Below, piece after piece: positions 52,926 to 64,000 of a stretch of DNA of 64,000 nt. Made by a program: the position numbers and the translations under genes. This stretch comes from Pristiophorus japonicus (Eukaryota). Position 1 is the stretch's first letter. The number at the start of each line of letters is the position of its first letter. The notes beneath the pieces are model-generated. The model saw nothing but the letters and a program-made list of their open reading frames with translations. It had not been told where the DNA came from and made no database searches. The DNA lies in assembly GCF_044704955.1 (NCBI RefSeq), contig NC_091979.1, positions 271,870,001 to 271,934,000 on the forward strand, read 5' to 3'.

Positions 52926-54381
52926 GGGCCCAAGTTTCCACACGCGCCTAGAACGGCGCAGTCCCGACCTGGACGCCTGTTTCTCGCGCCACAAAGTGCA
53001 CCTAAAAAAATCCTCAGTATTCTCCACCTACTTGCAGGTCCTCTGGCCCTCGGCGCAGCCAGCACGAGCTGTGGGGGGGGGCGGAGCCAGGTCCCTGCAC
53101 TGAAAACAGTGCCGAGACCTCTGCACATGCGCGCTACAGTGGGCACGCAAGTGCAGTAGCTCCAGGCGCCGAACTGTGTGGGAGGGGCCCGAAGCACGCA
53201 GCCCCTAGCCCTGGCTGAATGGCCTCACTGGGGCTGCGTGAATAAGGCTCTTCCCACGGCCAGCTCCTGCTCCCCCCCACCCCCCCGACCAGTCCCGACA
53301 CTCGCTCCCCGCCCCCCCCCGCCTCCGGACCAGACCCGACACCCGCGCCCCCCCCCCCGACTGACCCGACTCGACCCGCGCTCCTGTTCCCGCTCCCCGA
53401 CTCCCCGACTGGACCCGACCCGACCCGCGCTCCCGCCCCCCGACCCGACCCCCCCCCCCCACTGGACCCGACCCGACTCCCGCTCCCGGACTGGATCCAA
53501 CNNNNNNNNNNNNNNNNNNNNNNNNNNNNNNNNNNNNNNNNNNNNNNNNNNNNNNNNNNNNNNNNNNNNNNNNNNNNNNNNNNNNNNNNNNNNNNNNNNN
53601 NNNNNNNNNNNNNNNNNNNNNNNNNNNNNNNNNNNNNNNNNNNNNNNNNNNNNNNNNNNNNNNNNNNNNNNNNNNNNNNNNNNNNNNNNNNNNNNNNNNN
53701 NNNNNNNNNNNNNNNNNNNNNNNNNTCTCCCCCCCCCCTCCCTCTCTCTCTCCCTCCCTCTCTCTCTCCCTCCGCCCCTCTCCCCCTCTCCCTCTCTCTC
53801 TCGCCCCCAACCCGACCCAACCCAACGCCACGTACCTGTAAATCTGGTGCTGGGGACGGGCCCTGCCCGAAGTCTCGGGCCGGCCCGTTCAGCCTTCGGT
53901 CCCGAAAGGCCTGCCTGAAGCACTTTCACACAGATAGGAAGATGGTTTATTTAATCTTTTCTTTGCTTATAAATGTTTATTCAGGTTGGATTTATTTGTA
54001 TAATATTTGTAGAAGTGTAAATAAGGATTTATTATAGAATTTAATGACTTCCCTTCCCCCCCACCTCGTTCTGGACGCCTAATTTGTAACCTGCGCCTGA
54101 TTTTTTAATGTGTAGAACAGGTTTTTTCAGTTCTACAAAAATCTTCACTTGCTCCATTCTACTTTAGTTTGGAGTACGTTTTCACTGTGGAAACTTTGAA
54201 ATCAGGCGTCAGTGGCTGGACACGCCCCCTTTTGAAGAAAAAATTCTGTTCCAAAGTAGAACTGTTCTATCTGACTGGAACTGCAGAAAAAAAAATGTGG
54301 AGAATTGCGATTTCTAAGATAGTCCGTTCTCCACCAGTTGCTCCTAAAAATCAGGCGCAAATCACGTGGAAACTTGGGCCC
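52926..54381. mobile_element. Harbinger-type MITE (GGGCCCAAGTTTCCAC family), copy 2, inverted relative to copy 1
   Basis: Perfect 16-bp TIRs, TSD ATT (52923-52925, 54382-54384), internal C-rich minisatellite. Confidence 0.92.
53502..53725. other. Assembly gap (224 N)
   Basis: Run of N within the MITE minisatellite. Confidence 1.
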
Positions 54382-56218
54382 ATTGTGTTCAGTTTTGATC
54401 TCCTAATCTGAGGAAGGACGTTCTTGCTATTGAGGGAGTGCAGCGACGGTTCACCAGACTGATTCCCGGGATGGTTGGACTGACATATGAGGAGAGACTG
54501 GATCGACTGGGCCTGTATTCACTGGAGTTTAGAAGGATGAAAGGGAATCTCATAGAAACATATAAAATTCTGATGGGACTGGACAGGTTAGATGCAGGAA
54601 GAATGTTCCCGATGTTGGGGAAGTCCAGAACCAGGGGACACAGTCTAAGGATAAGGGGTAAGCCATTTAGGACTGAGATGAGGAGAAACTTCTTCACTCA
54701 GAGTTGTTAATCTGTGGAATTCCCTGCCGCAGAGAGTTGTTGATGCCAGTTCATTGGATCTATTCAAGAGGGAGTTAGATATGGTCCTTATGGCTAAAGG
54801 GATCAAGGGATATGGAGAGAAAGCAGGAAAGGGGTACTGAGGTGAATGATAAGACATGACCTTATTGAATGGTGGTGCAGGTTCGAAGGGCCAAATGGCC
54901 TACTCCTGCACCTATTTTCTGTTTCTATGTTTCTGTGACACCACGGTCACGCTGCAGAAGGCAGTTAACGTCAGCCAGGCGTTCATGGCCTCGTCCTGTG
55001 ATTCCAAGCGGATGATGAGTCACCCCCAGGACTCTAACCCGGCAAGTACTGTAAACCAACTTGCCGCTTTTTAGAGGCAAGGCTGGTACCCCGAGTCCCA
55101 CAATCCTGAGTCCGCCACTTGGGGCCAATCGGCCAGCCCCATACTGGCACTGTGGAGAGAATCACAGGGCCCACCAGTGCCGCTACAAAGACTATACTTG
55201 CAAAGGCTGTAACGCAAACAGGTACCTCCAGCGAATGTGCAAGAGAAATTTTACTCACCGAGTCGCTGAAGAGTTGGCCGATCACCCGGGCTCCAGCACT
55301 GATGAAGAGGAAGAGAGAGTCCAGGAGGCAGCTCAGCCCCAGGAAGAGGTGTACAGAGTGTTTACCTGCTCCACTGAGAGTTCTCCATTGAAAATGGAAG
55401 TTGAAATCAACGGTGTTCCAGTCTCGATGGAGGTCGACACAGGGGCGAGCCAATCGCTGATGAATCAGGCGGCCTTTGAGAAACTCTGGGACAGTCCAAG
55501 TGAACGACCGAAAATGATTCCGATCCAAGTAAAGCTACTCACTTACACAAACGACACCATCCCAGTCGTTGGCAGCGTGGATGTCCAGGTGTCCCATGGC
55601 AGCGCGATGCACAAGTTACCTTTGTGGATTGTTGCTGGTGATGGTCCATCGCTGCTAGGAAGAAGATGGATGAAACAAATCCAAATCTGTTGGAGCCGGG
55701 AAAACCTCCAAGGCCCAGCGATCGACGACCTCTGCGGCCCCAAATTTGGATCCAGCACAACACCTAAAAATCCAACCGTCCAACTCGACTGCGTGCCGCG
55801 ACACAGACCGCTCAACCCAACTGCGAAATGATCCAGCCCAAACGACTTGACCTCATCTTCCAGGCTGCAGTGGCAGGACTCCGGAGGAAGAAGATCAGCG
55901 CAGAAGGCAACTTCCCTGTTTCCGTGGCAGAACCTGGGATAGAAAAGGATCACCGCAGCCTACCTCGTGGAGAGAAAGAAGATAGCGGCCACACCACGTG
56001 GTGAAGCACCTGAAGTAAAGATGGCGGCGGCCAGACCACAAGGGGCAGCGTTTATGGAGCAAAACGTGATGCCGAGCAGCGAACCGGATTGGGGTAAAGA
56101 TTGCAAGGCCCTGTTAAAGGAGACCGGCAACCCATCACAATTAAAGGGACAATTCCACTCTTTGTACAGCAATGCCGGTAATACACATGTAAAAGATGTA
56201 ATTGACAAATTCAAGTAT

Positions 56219-57447
56219 GAAACATAGAAACATAGAAATTAGGTGCAGGAGCAGGCTATTCGGCCCTTCGAGCCTGCACCGCCATTCAATAAGATCATGG
56301 CTAATCATTCAAGCTCAGTACTCCTTTCCTGCTTTCTCTCCATTCCCCTTGATTCCTTTAGCCGTAAGGGCCATATCTAACTCCCTTTTGAATATATCTA
56401 ACAAACTGGCCTCAACAACTTTCTGTGGTAGAGAATTCCACAGGTTAACCACTCTCTGAGTGAAGAAGTTTCTCCTCATCTTGGTCCTAAATGGCTTACC
56501 CCTTATTCTTAGACTGTGACCCTTGGTTCTGGAACTCCCCAGCAACGGGAACATTCTTCCTGCCTCTAACCTGTCGAATCCTGTCAGAATTTTATATGTT
56601 TCTATGAGATCCCCTCTCATCCTTCTAAACTCCAGTGGATACAAGCCCAGTCTCTCCTCATATATCAGTCCTGCCATCCCGGGAATCAATCTGGTGAACC
56701 TTCGCTGTACTCCCTCAATATCAAGAACGTCCTTCCTCAGATTAGGAGATCAAAACTGTACACAATATTCCAGGTGTGGCCTCACCAAGGCTCTGTACAA
56801 CTGCAGTAAGATCTCCCTGATTCTATACTCAAATCCCCTAACTATGAAGGTCAACATGCCATTTGCCTTCTTCACCGCCTGCTTTACCTGCATGCCAAAC
56901 TTCAATGACTGATGTACCATGACACCCACGTCTCATTGCACCTTCCCTTTTCCTAATCCGTCACCTTTCAGATAATATTCTGTCTTCCTGTTTTTGCCAC
57001 CAAAGTGGATAACCTCACATTTATCCACATTATACTGCATCTGCCATGCATTTGCCCACTCACCTAACCTGTCCAAGTCACCCTGCAGCCTCTTAGCAGC
57101 CTCCACACAGCTTACACCGCCACCCAGCTTAGTGTCATCTGCAAACTTGGAGATATTACATTAAATTCCTTCATCTAAATCATTGATGTATATTGTAAAT
57201 AGCTGGGGTCCCAGCACTGAACCCTGCGGCACCCCACTGGTCACTGCCTGCCATTCTGAAAAGGACCCGTTTATTTCGACTCTCTGCTTCCTGTCTGCCA
57301 ACCAGTTCTCTATCCACGTCAGTACATTACCCCCAATATCACGTGCTTTAATTTTGCACACTAATCTCTTGTGTGGGACCTTGTCAAAAGCCTTTTGAAA
57401 GTCCAAATGCACTACATCCACTGGTTCTCCCTTGTCCACTCTACTCG
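56219..57447 (-). mobile_element. CR1 LINE fragment inserted in Gypsy 3 internal region
   Basis: RT fragments on (-) and a GAAACATA tail at the left end. Confidence 0.9.
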
Positions 57448-58488
57448 TTATGCAAATATGTAAAGGCAACTAACAATGTCGAGTCGGGTGATTGTGGTCG
57501 GAGCCAATGTATTATGACTGTAAATGAAGAAATGATGTGCGATGCCGGGTTCTACATGTACGCCGACAAAATCAAGGGCAACCTCCTGTCTGAAGCACCC
57601 AGGTCTAGCAGGTTACCCGATCATGAAAACTGCGCCTCTTGGACCAATGTGATGCCCCAGGAAGCATGGCCACACACAGAGGGAGCATACCAACTGCAGG
57701 GCCAACAATCAGCAGACGGCAAAGGCACCACTCCTGCCACCCTCTCTACCTCTCGGGCCACTAGGGCCAGTACTGGGAGCAACAGGCTAGCACCCGCCAG
57801 CCCTCCCAATGGGACCTGTGTTGACCAGGCTCCCACCACCGCTTAAGGGCAGCAGGGAGACACTGCAGCCCTCAAAGGAGGACAGGGAGGCCACACATTC
57901 CTGTGGCTCTGCCCACCACCAGGCAACGGCAAAGGCCCTGAGACTCAGCCAGGTGAGCGATTCGAGCCCACACATCTGGCAGGGGGCGCAGCGCCGCCAT
58001 CAGACAACCTGGATTCAGTCCAGTTACTCTGGAATGAGTGTCCTCATCCACCTGCACCTACACCCCAGGGGCAAGATTGTGATACCATGTATGTACCTTA
58101 TCTGTAAAATGTACTTGTTCCACTACTACTAAACCCAGTGATGTAACTAATCCTTTTTTTTTCTGTACATGTATGCACATGCAAGTGTTGAGCCACACAC
58201 GGTCTATGTATGGGGGGGGGGCGGGGAAATGGATGTATGTAGCCATGGACACACATAGATCACACCCAAAACCCATTCAAACCCCACTGCAACCTCCAAC
58301 CGTCCACTGCTGACCATTTCCCAATGTTGTGGCAATAAGAACTTGGGGGTCTAGAGGGAGAGAGCCAGGCCAAAGCACAGACAAGGTACAAGGGCTTTGG
58401 GCACTCAAGTCGAGGGCCAGAGCAAACAGTGCAAAGGCCAGTGGCACAAGACTTAGGGGAGAGTGATATTGTGTATGTATAATATAAG

Positions 58489-59300
58489 GGTTATATATGT
58501 AAACCTGTAAAAACATTGTGTAGCCACCAGAGGGCTCGTCCCCTGGAGTCCCAAGGATCCCACAATCCCTTGGGAACACCTGTACTTAAGGAGGCCTCAC
58601 TGGCTGGAGAGGCACTCTGGACACCTGCAATAAAAGACTAAGGTCACACTTTACTTTGAGCTCACAGTATCTAGTCAGACACTTTATTCATACACAACAA
58701 CTGGCGACGAGATACAGATGATGAACCCAACGATGCAGAGAACAGTGGGCAGCCTGGAGAAATTTTCGGAGGGAGATGATTGGGAAACCTTCATGGAGCG
58801 ACTCGACCAATACTTCGTGGCCAACGAGCTGGAAGGAGAAGCGAACGCTGCCAAATGAAGGGCGATTCTCCTCACCATTTGCGGGGCACCAATGTAAGGC
58901 CTCATGAAAAATCTGCTTGCCCCAGCGAAATCGTGCGATGATTTGTGCACACTGGTCCGAGAGCATCTGAACCCGAAGGAAAGCCTTCTAATTGCGAGGT
59001 ACCGGTTCTACACCGACAAAAGGTCTGATGGCCAGGAAGTGGCGAGCTATGTCGATGAGCTAAGACGCCTTGCAGGACATTGCGAATTGGAAGGACATTT
59101 GGAGTACATGCTCAGGGACTTCTTTGTACTTGGCATTGGCCATGAAGTGATACTTCGCAAACTTTTGACTGTAGAGAGCCCAACCTTGAGTAAAGCCATA
59201 GCGATAGCCCAGGCGTTCATTGCCACCAGTGACAATACCAAGCAAATCTCTCAGCACACGAGTGCTGCTACTAGTACTGTGAACAAAGTGATATTGTTTT
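58489..59300 (+). mobile_element. Gypsy element 4 (same family as element 2): 5' LTR and gag, interrupted
   Basis: LTR 58489-58699 is homologous to the element 2 LTRs. PBS TGGCGACGAG at 58702-58711. Gag starts at ATG 58733 and has stops. The remainder is not in the window. Confidence 0.9.
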
Positions 59301-60014
59301 AACAAAAGAACATAAGAATTGGGAACAGGAGTAGGCCATCTAGCCCCTCGAGCCTGCTCCGCCATTCAACAAGATCATGGCTGATCTGGCCGAGGACTCA
59401 GCTCCACTTATCCGCCCGCTCCCCATAACCCTTAATTCCCTTATTGGTTAAAAATCTATCTATCTGTGACTTGAATACATTCAATGAGCTAGCCTCAACT
59501 GCTTCCTTGGGCAGAGAATTCCACAGATTCACAACCCTCTGGGAGAAGAAATTCATTCTCAACTCGGTTTTAAATTGGCTCCCCCGTATTTTGAGGTTGT
59601 GCCCCCTAGTTTTAGTCTCCCCGACCAGTGGAAACAATCTCTCTGCCTCTAGCTTGTCTATCCCTTTCATTATTTTAAATGTTTCTACAAGATCCCCCTT
59701 CATCCTTCTGAACTCCAACGAGTAAAGACCCAGTCTACTCAATCTATCATCATAAGGTAACCCCCTCATCTCCGGAATCAGCCTAGTGAATTGTCTCTGT
59801 ACCCCCTCCAAAGCTAGTATATCCTTCCTTAAGTAAGGTGACCAAAACTGCACGCAGTACTCTAGGTGCGGCCTCACCAATACCCTATACAGTTGCAGAA
59901 GGACCTCCCTGCTTTTGTACTCCATCCCTCTCGAAATGAAGGCCAACATTCTATTCGCCTTCCTGATTACCTGCTGCACCTGCAAACTAACTTTTTGGGA
60001 TTCATGCACAAGGA
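59301..60014 (-). mobile_element. Young CR1 LINE 3' part (same subfamily as C), interrupted by Tx1
   Basis: Open ORF 59398-60009, closely similar to 44250-44950. Confidence 0.92.
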
Positions 60015-62182
60015 GTTCCCAGGAGGCTGGTCTGTCGGTCGCCTTCCTATCCCTCGACCAAGAGAAGGCGTTCGACAGGGTGGATCACGACTATCTGCTC
60101 GGAACTCTGCGCGCTTTCGGGTTCGGGACGCATTTCGTCGCCCGGATCCGACTTTTGTACGCCGCCGCGGAGTGTCTGATTAAGGTTAACGGGTCCTTGA
60201 CGGCGCCCCTTCGCTTTAGGAGAGGGGTGCGCCAGGGATGCCCCATGTCCGGCCAGTTATACGCCGTTTGCGTGGAGCCTTTCCTGCGCCTCTTGCGGAC
60301 GAGGTTGACGGGACTGGCTCTGCAAGGGCCGGGCGTGGAGGTCGTCCTCTCGGCTTACGCCGATGACGTGCTCCTCGCGGTAGAGGATCCCGCTGACCTG
60401 CGGAGGATGCGTGAGTGCCAGGAGATTTACTCGGCCGCGTCCTCCGCCAGGATCAACTGGGAGAAATGTTCCGGACTCCTGGTGGGTCAGTGGCGGGTGG
60501 ACTCCCTGCCGGAGGAGCTCAGGCCTTTTGCCTGGAGCACGACCCATCTCCTCTATCTGGGAGTCTACCTTAGCCCCGACGAGGGAACCTGGCCGGCGAA
60601 CTGGCAGGAGCTGGAGGCCAAGGTCGCCGCTCGCCTAGGGCGCTGGACAGGACTGCTCCGAGTGCTGTCCTACAGGGGTCGAGCGCTAGTCATAAACCAG
60701 CTGGTGGCCGCAATGCTGTGGTACCGGCTGGTCACTTTGACCCCTCCCCCTGCGTTTGTCGCCAAGATACAGAAGAAGCTGGTGGACTTCTTCTGGAACA
60801 ACAGGAAGCACTGGGTCTCTGCCGCGGTTTTGAGTCTCCCGCTTGAGGAGGGCGGTCAGTCGTTGGTGTGCGTCAGCGCCCAGCTCGCGACTTTCCGTCT
60901 TCAGACCCTGCAGAGATACCTTTACGTCGAGCCCCCTCCTAGGTGGTGTGCTCTGGCGAGGTATTTCTTCCGCCAGCAGCTCGACCTCAATTATGACACG
61001 CAGCTCCTGTTTGTGAACTTGGGGGGTGCCAGGACCGCCCTCCGGGAGCTGCCTGTCTTTTACAGGGAACTCATCAGGGTCTGGAACAAAGTCTCCACCA
61101 AGCGCAGCTCTCCACCGGCTGGAGTGGCGGCCGTCCTGCAGGAGCCGCTGCTCGGGAATCCGTACCTCCACGGCCGAGGCTTCATGTGGCGGTCGGAAGA
61201 GAGGGCTGTGGCTGGTGAGGTGACCAGGGTCAGGGACCTGCTCGATGGCGGAGGAGCGGGCTGGATGGCGCCAGTCACGCTGGCGCGGCGCCTAAATTCT
61301 GCCAACGTCCGCCACGCGGCCGATGCCATCGAGTCGCTAAAAACAGCTCTGGGCCCTGACTCGGTTAGGTGTATCGAGGAGGCTCAAGCACGTGGGGAGA
61401 TCCCGTCCGAACTGACCCCCGTCCGGACGGAATTCCTCATCGGCGCCAAACCCCGGAACCTCCCTCGGGGGCCGGCGCCTCACAACTTGAGCCGCCTCGG
61501 GGAAATCCCCTCCGTGCCTTTCAGTTCCGCGCGGAGGGGTTTCCTGTACGGGCTGCTCCTGCACACCCTCAACTTTGCCATCCTCGCCGGCCGTCCGGAC
61601 ACGCCATGGCGTACCATCTTGCCGTCCGGAGGAGGCGGGGGTCCCCGATGGAGGGCACTCTACGCAGGGGTCCTCCCACTATTCATCGGGGACTTGGCCT
61701 GGAGGGTGGTGCACGGAGCAGTGCCGTGCAATAAATTTTTAAGCCGGTTCACGGACTCCCAGGCCGCCTGCAATTTCTGCGGTCTGGAGGAGTCCGTGTT
61801 CCATGTTTTTATTGAGTGTACGAGGTTGCAGCCCCTGTTCCATTATTTGAAGGGGCTGCTCCTGAAATTCTGGCTGCACTTCAGTCCCACACTCCTGATC
61901 TTTGGGCACCCTGAGCGGAGGGGAGCGGGTAGGTCCGAGGGCCTCCTCGTAGGACTGCTCCTGGGCACGGCCAAGGGTGCCATCAGCCGGTCCAGGCAGC
62001 GGGCGGTCGAGGGGGTCGTTCAACCTGACTGCCTGCCTCTCTTCCGCTCTTACATCCGGTCCAGGGTGTCCTTGGAGATGGAGCACGCGGTGTCCACCGG
62101 TACGCTCGCGGCCTTCCGCGAGAGGTGGGCACCGGAGGGACTGGAGTGCATCATCACGCCCGGCAACCAAATTTTAATTTGA
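60015..62182 (+). CDS. Tx1-like ORF2, C-terminal ~720 aa (partial RT + zinc finger), uninterrupted
   Basis: Part of ORF 59915-62182. The first approximately 33 codons of that ORF are antisense CR1 and not part of the element. Confidence 0.8.
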
Positions 62183-62410
62183 TTTTACGTTTTAAAGTTT
62201 AATTTGTTTTAATTGCCTGTGCTTTTAGTGTCCCCCTCTCCTTTTATAGGGGGCACTGGAAAAAGGAAAAATTTGATTTTAGTGCCCCAAAAAAAAAAAC
62301 CACAAAAAAAAATAAATAAAAAAGGGGCCTTGTAAATGTCTTGTGTGTGTCATCCAGGTCGGGTGGCACGGATACATGTTTTATGTTTTTGCAGTTTAAC
62401 TCAAAAGAGT
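60015..62410 (+). mobile_element. Tx1-clade (L1 group) non-LTR retrotransposon, 5' truncated, copy 1
   Basis: GC-rich. RT motifs LDQEKAFDRV, GVRQGCPMSG, YADD, YLGV; C-terminal CNFC..H..C zinc finger; 3' UTR. Flanked by the direct repeat TTCATGCACAAGGA (60001-60014, 62411-62424). Confidence 0.9.
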
Positions 62411-62424
62411 TTCATGCACAAGGA

Positions 62425-64000
62425 GTTCCCAGGAGGCTGGTCTGTCGGTCGCCTTCCTATCCCTCGACCAAGAGAAGGCGTTCGACAGGGTGGATCACGA
62501 CTATCTGCTCGGAACTCTGCGCGCTTTCGGGTTCGGGACGCATTTCGTCGCCCGGATCCGACTTTTGTACGCCGCCGCGGAGTGTCTGATTAAGGTTAAC
62601 GGGTCCTTGACGGCGCCCCTTCGCTTTAGGAGAGGGGTGCGCCAGGGATGCCCCATGTCCGGCCAGTTATACGCCGTTTGCGTGGAGCCTTTCCTGCGCC
62701 TCTTGCGGACGAGGTTGACGGGACTGGCTCTGCAAGGGCCGGGCGTGGAGGTCGTCCTCTCGGCTTACGCCGATGACGTGCTCCTCACGGTAGAGGATCC
62801 CGCTGACCTGCGGAGGATGCGTGAGTGCCAGGAGATTTACTCGGCCGCGTCCTCCGCCAGGATCAACTGGGAGAAATGTTCCGGACTCCTGGTGGGTCAG
62901 TGGCGGGTGGACTCCCTGCCGGAGGAGCTCAGGCCTTTTGCCTGGAGCACGACCCATCTCCTCTATCTGGGAGTCTACCTTAGCCCCGACGAGGAAGCCT
63001 GGCCGGCGAACTGGCAGGAGCTGGAGGCCAAGGTCGCCGCTCGCCTAGGGCGCTGGACAGGACTGCTCCGAGTGCTGTCCTACAGGGGTCGAGCGCTAGT
63101 CATAAACCAGCTGGTGGCCGCAATGCTGTGGTACCGGCTGGTCACTTTGACCCCTCCCCCTGCGTTTGTCGCCAAGATACAGAAGAAGCTGGTGGACTTC
63201 TTCTGGAACAACAGGAAGCACTGGGTCTCTGTCGCGGTCTTGAGTCTCCCGCTTGAGGAGGGCGGTCAGTCGTTGGTGTGCGTCAGCGCCCAGCTCGCGA
63301 CTTTCCGTCTTCAGACCCTGCAGAGATACCTTTACGTCGAGCCCCCTCCTAGGTGGTGTGCTCTGGCGAGGTATTTCTTCCGCCAGCAGCTCGACCTCAA
63401 TTATGACACGCAGCTCCTGTTTGTGAACTTGGGGGGTGCCAGGACCGCCCTCCGGGAGCTGCCTGTCTTTTACAGGGAACTCATCAGGGTCTGGAACAAA
63501 GTCTCCACCAAGCGCAGCTCTCCACCGGCTGGAGTGGCGGCCGTCCTGCAGGAGCCGCTGCTCGGGAATCCGTACCTCCACGGCCGAGGTTTTATGTGGC
63601 GGTCGGAAGAGAGGGCTGTGGCTGGTGAGGTGACCAGGGTCAGGGACCTGCTCGATGGCGGAGGAGCGGGCTGGATGGCGCCAGTCACGCTGGCGCGGCG
63701 CCTAAATTCTGCCAACGTCCGCCGCGCGGCCGATGCCATCGAGTCGCTAAAAACAGCTCTGGGCCCTGACTCCGTTAGGTGTATCGAGGAGGCTCAAGCA
63801 CGTGGGGAGATCCCGTCCGAACTGACCCCCGTCCGGACGGAATTCCTCATCGGCGCCAAACCCCGGAACCTCCCTCGGGGGCCGGCGCCTCACAACTTGA
63901 GCCGCCTCGGGGAAATCCCCTCCGTGCCTTTCAGTTCCGCGCGGAGGGGTTTCCTGTACGGGCTGCTCCTGCACACCCTCAACTTTGCCATCCTCGCCGG
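62425..64000 (+). mobile_element. Tx1-clade element copy 2 (tandem, runs off window)
   Basis: Same 5' breakpoint as copy 1, period 2410 bp, about 9 substitutions seen in about 1580 bp. Confidence 0.92.

Larger units (their letters stand above)
51641..54934 (+). mobile_element. CR1 LINE inserted in Gypsy 3 gag, itself split by a MITE
   Basis: RT fragments at 51641-52925 and 54385-54934 rejoin as cctggaatattgtgttcag; TTTCTATG tail. Confidence 0.9.
50864..58488 (+). mobile_element. Non-autonomous Gypsy element 3 (gag + protease only), with nested insertions
   Basis: 5' LTR 50864-51149 and PBS TGGCGACGAG 51152-51161. Gag runs 51184-51640 and resumes at 54935, with zinc knuckles and protease VDTGAS. 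No RT, RNase H or integrase. PPT AGGGGAGAGTGA at 58455-58466. The first 22 bp of the 3' LTR (58467-58488) match the 5' LTR start at 20 of 22 positions. Confidence 0.82.

Noticed and set aside
59915-60014. Apparent N-terminus of the 755-aa ORF as a CR1-Tx1 fusion gene
   Set aside because: It starts at TTG in antisense CR1 and is open by chance; the RT is missing its N-terminal motifs.

Overview
Vertebrate nuclear DNA, most likely from a cartilaginous fish (shark-type CR1 LINEs with (TTCTATG/TTCTTATG)n tails, DeuSINE/SacSINE1-like SINEs). It is not prokaryotic, and I found no rRNA, tRNA gene or CRISPR array. More than half of the window is nested transposable elements. These are four Mag-like Gypsy LTR elements (two complete with 5-bp TSDs, one Gag-protease-only element lacking RT/integrase, and one inserted into that element's 3' LTR), a solo LTR, several PIF/Harbinger elements and MITEs (one full-length with TIRs, ATG TSD, transposase and Myb/SANT pseudogenes), a Tc1/mariner-type MITE, many CR1 and L2 fragments, and a head-to-tail pair of nearly identical 5'-truncated Tx1-clade LINEs inserted in a young CR1. 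The only convincing host coding sequence is a pair of phase-compatible minus-strand exons (40580-40808, 38353-38573). From recall, they resemble the C-terminal half of NERD-domain nuclease-related proteins. The best novelty candidates are the Tx1 tandem with a CR1-derived 14-bp target sequence, two Gypsy insertions at nearly homologous sites at the 3' end of Harbinger transposase genes, the Gag-PR-only element with an unknown ORF, and the NERD-like gene. All family assignments come from reading motifs by eye; no database searches were run.
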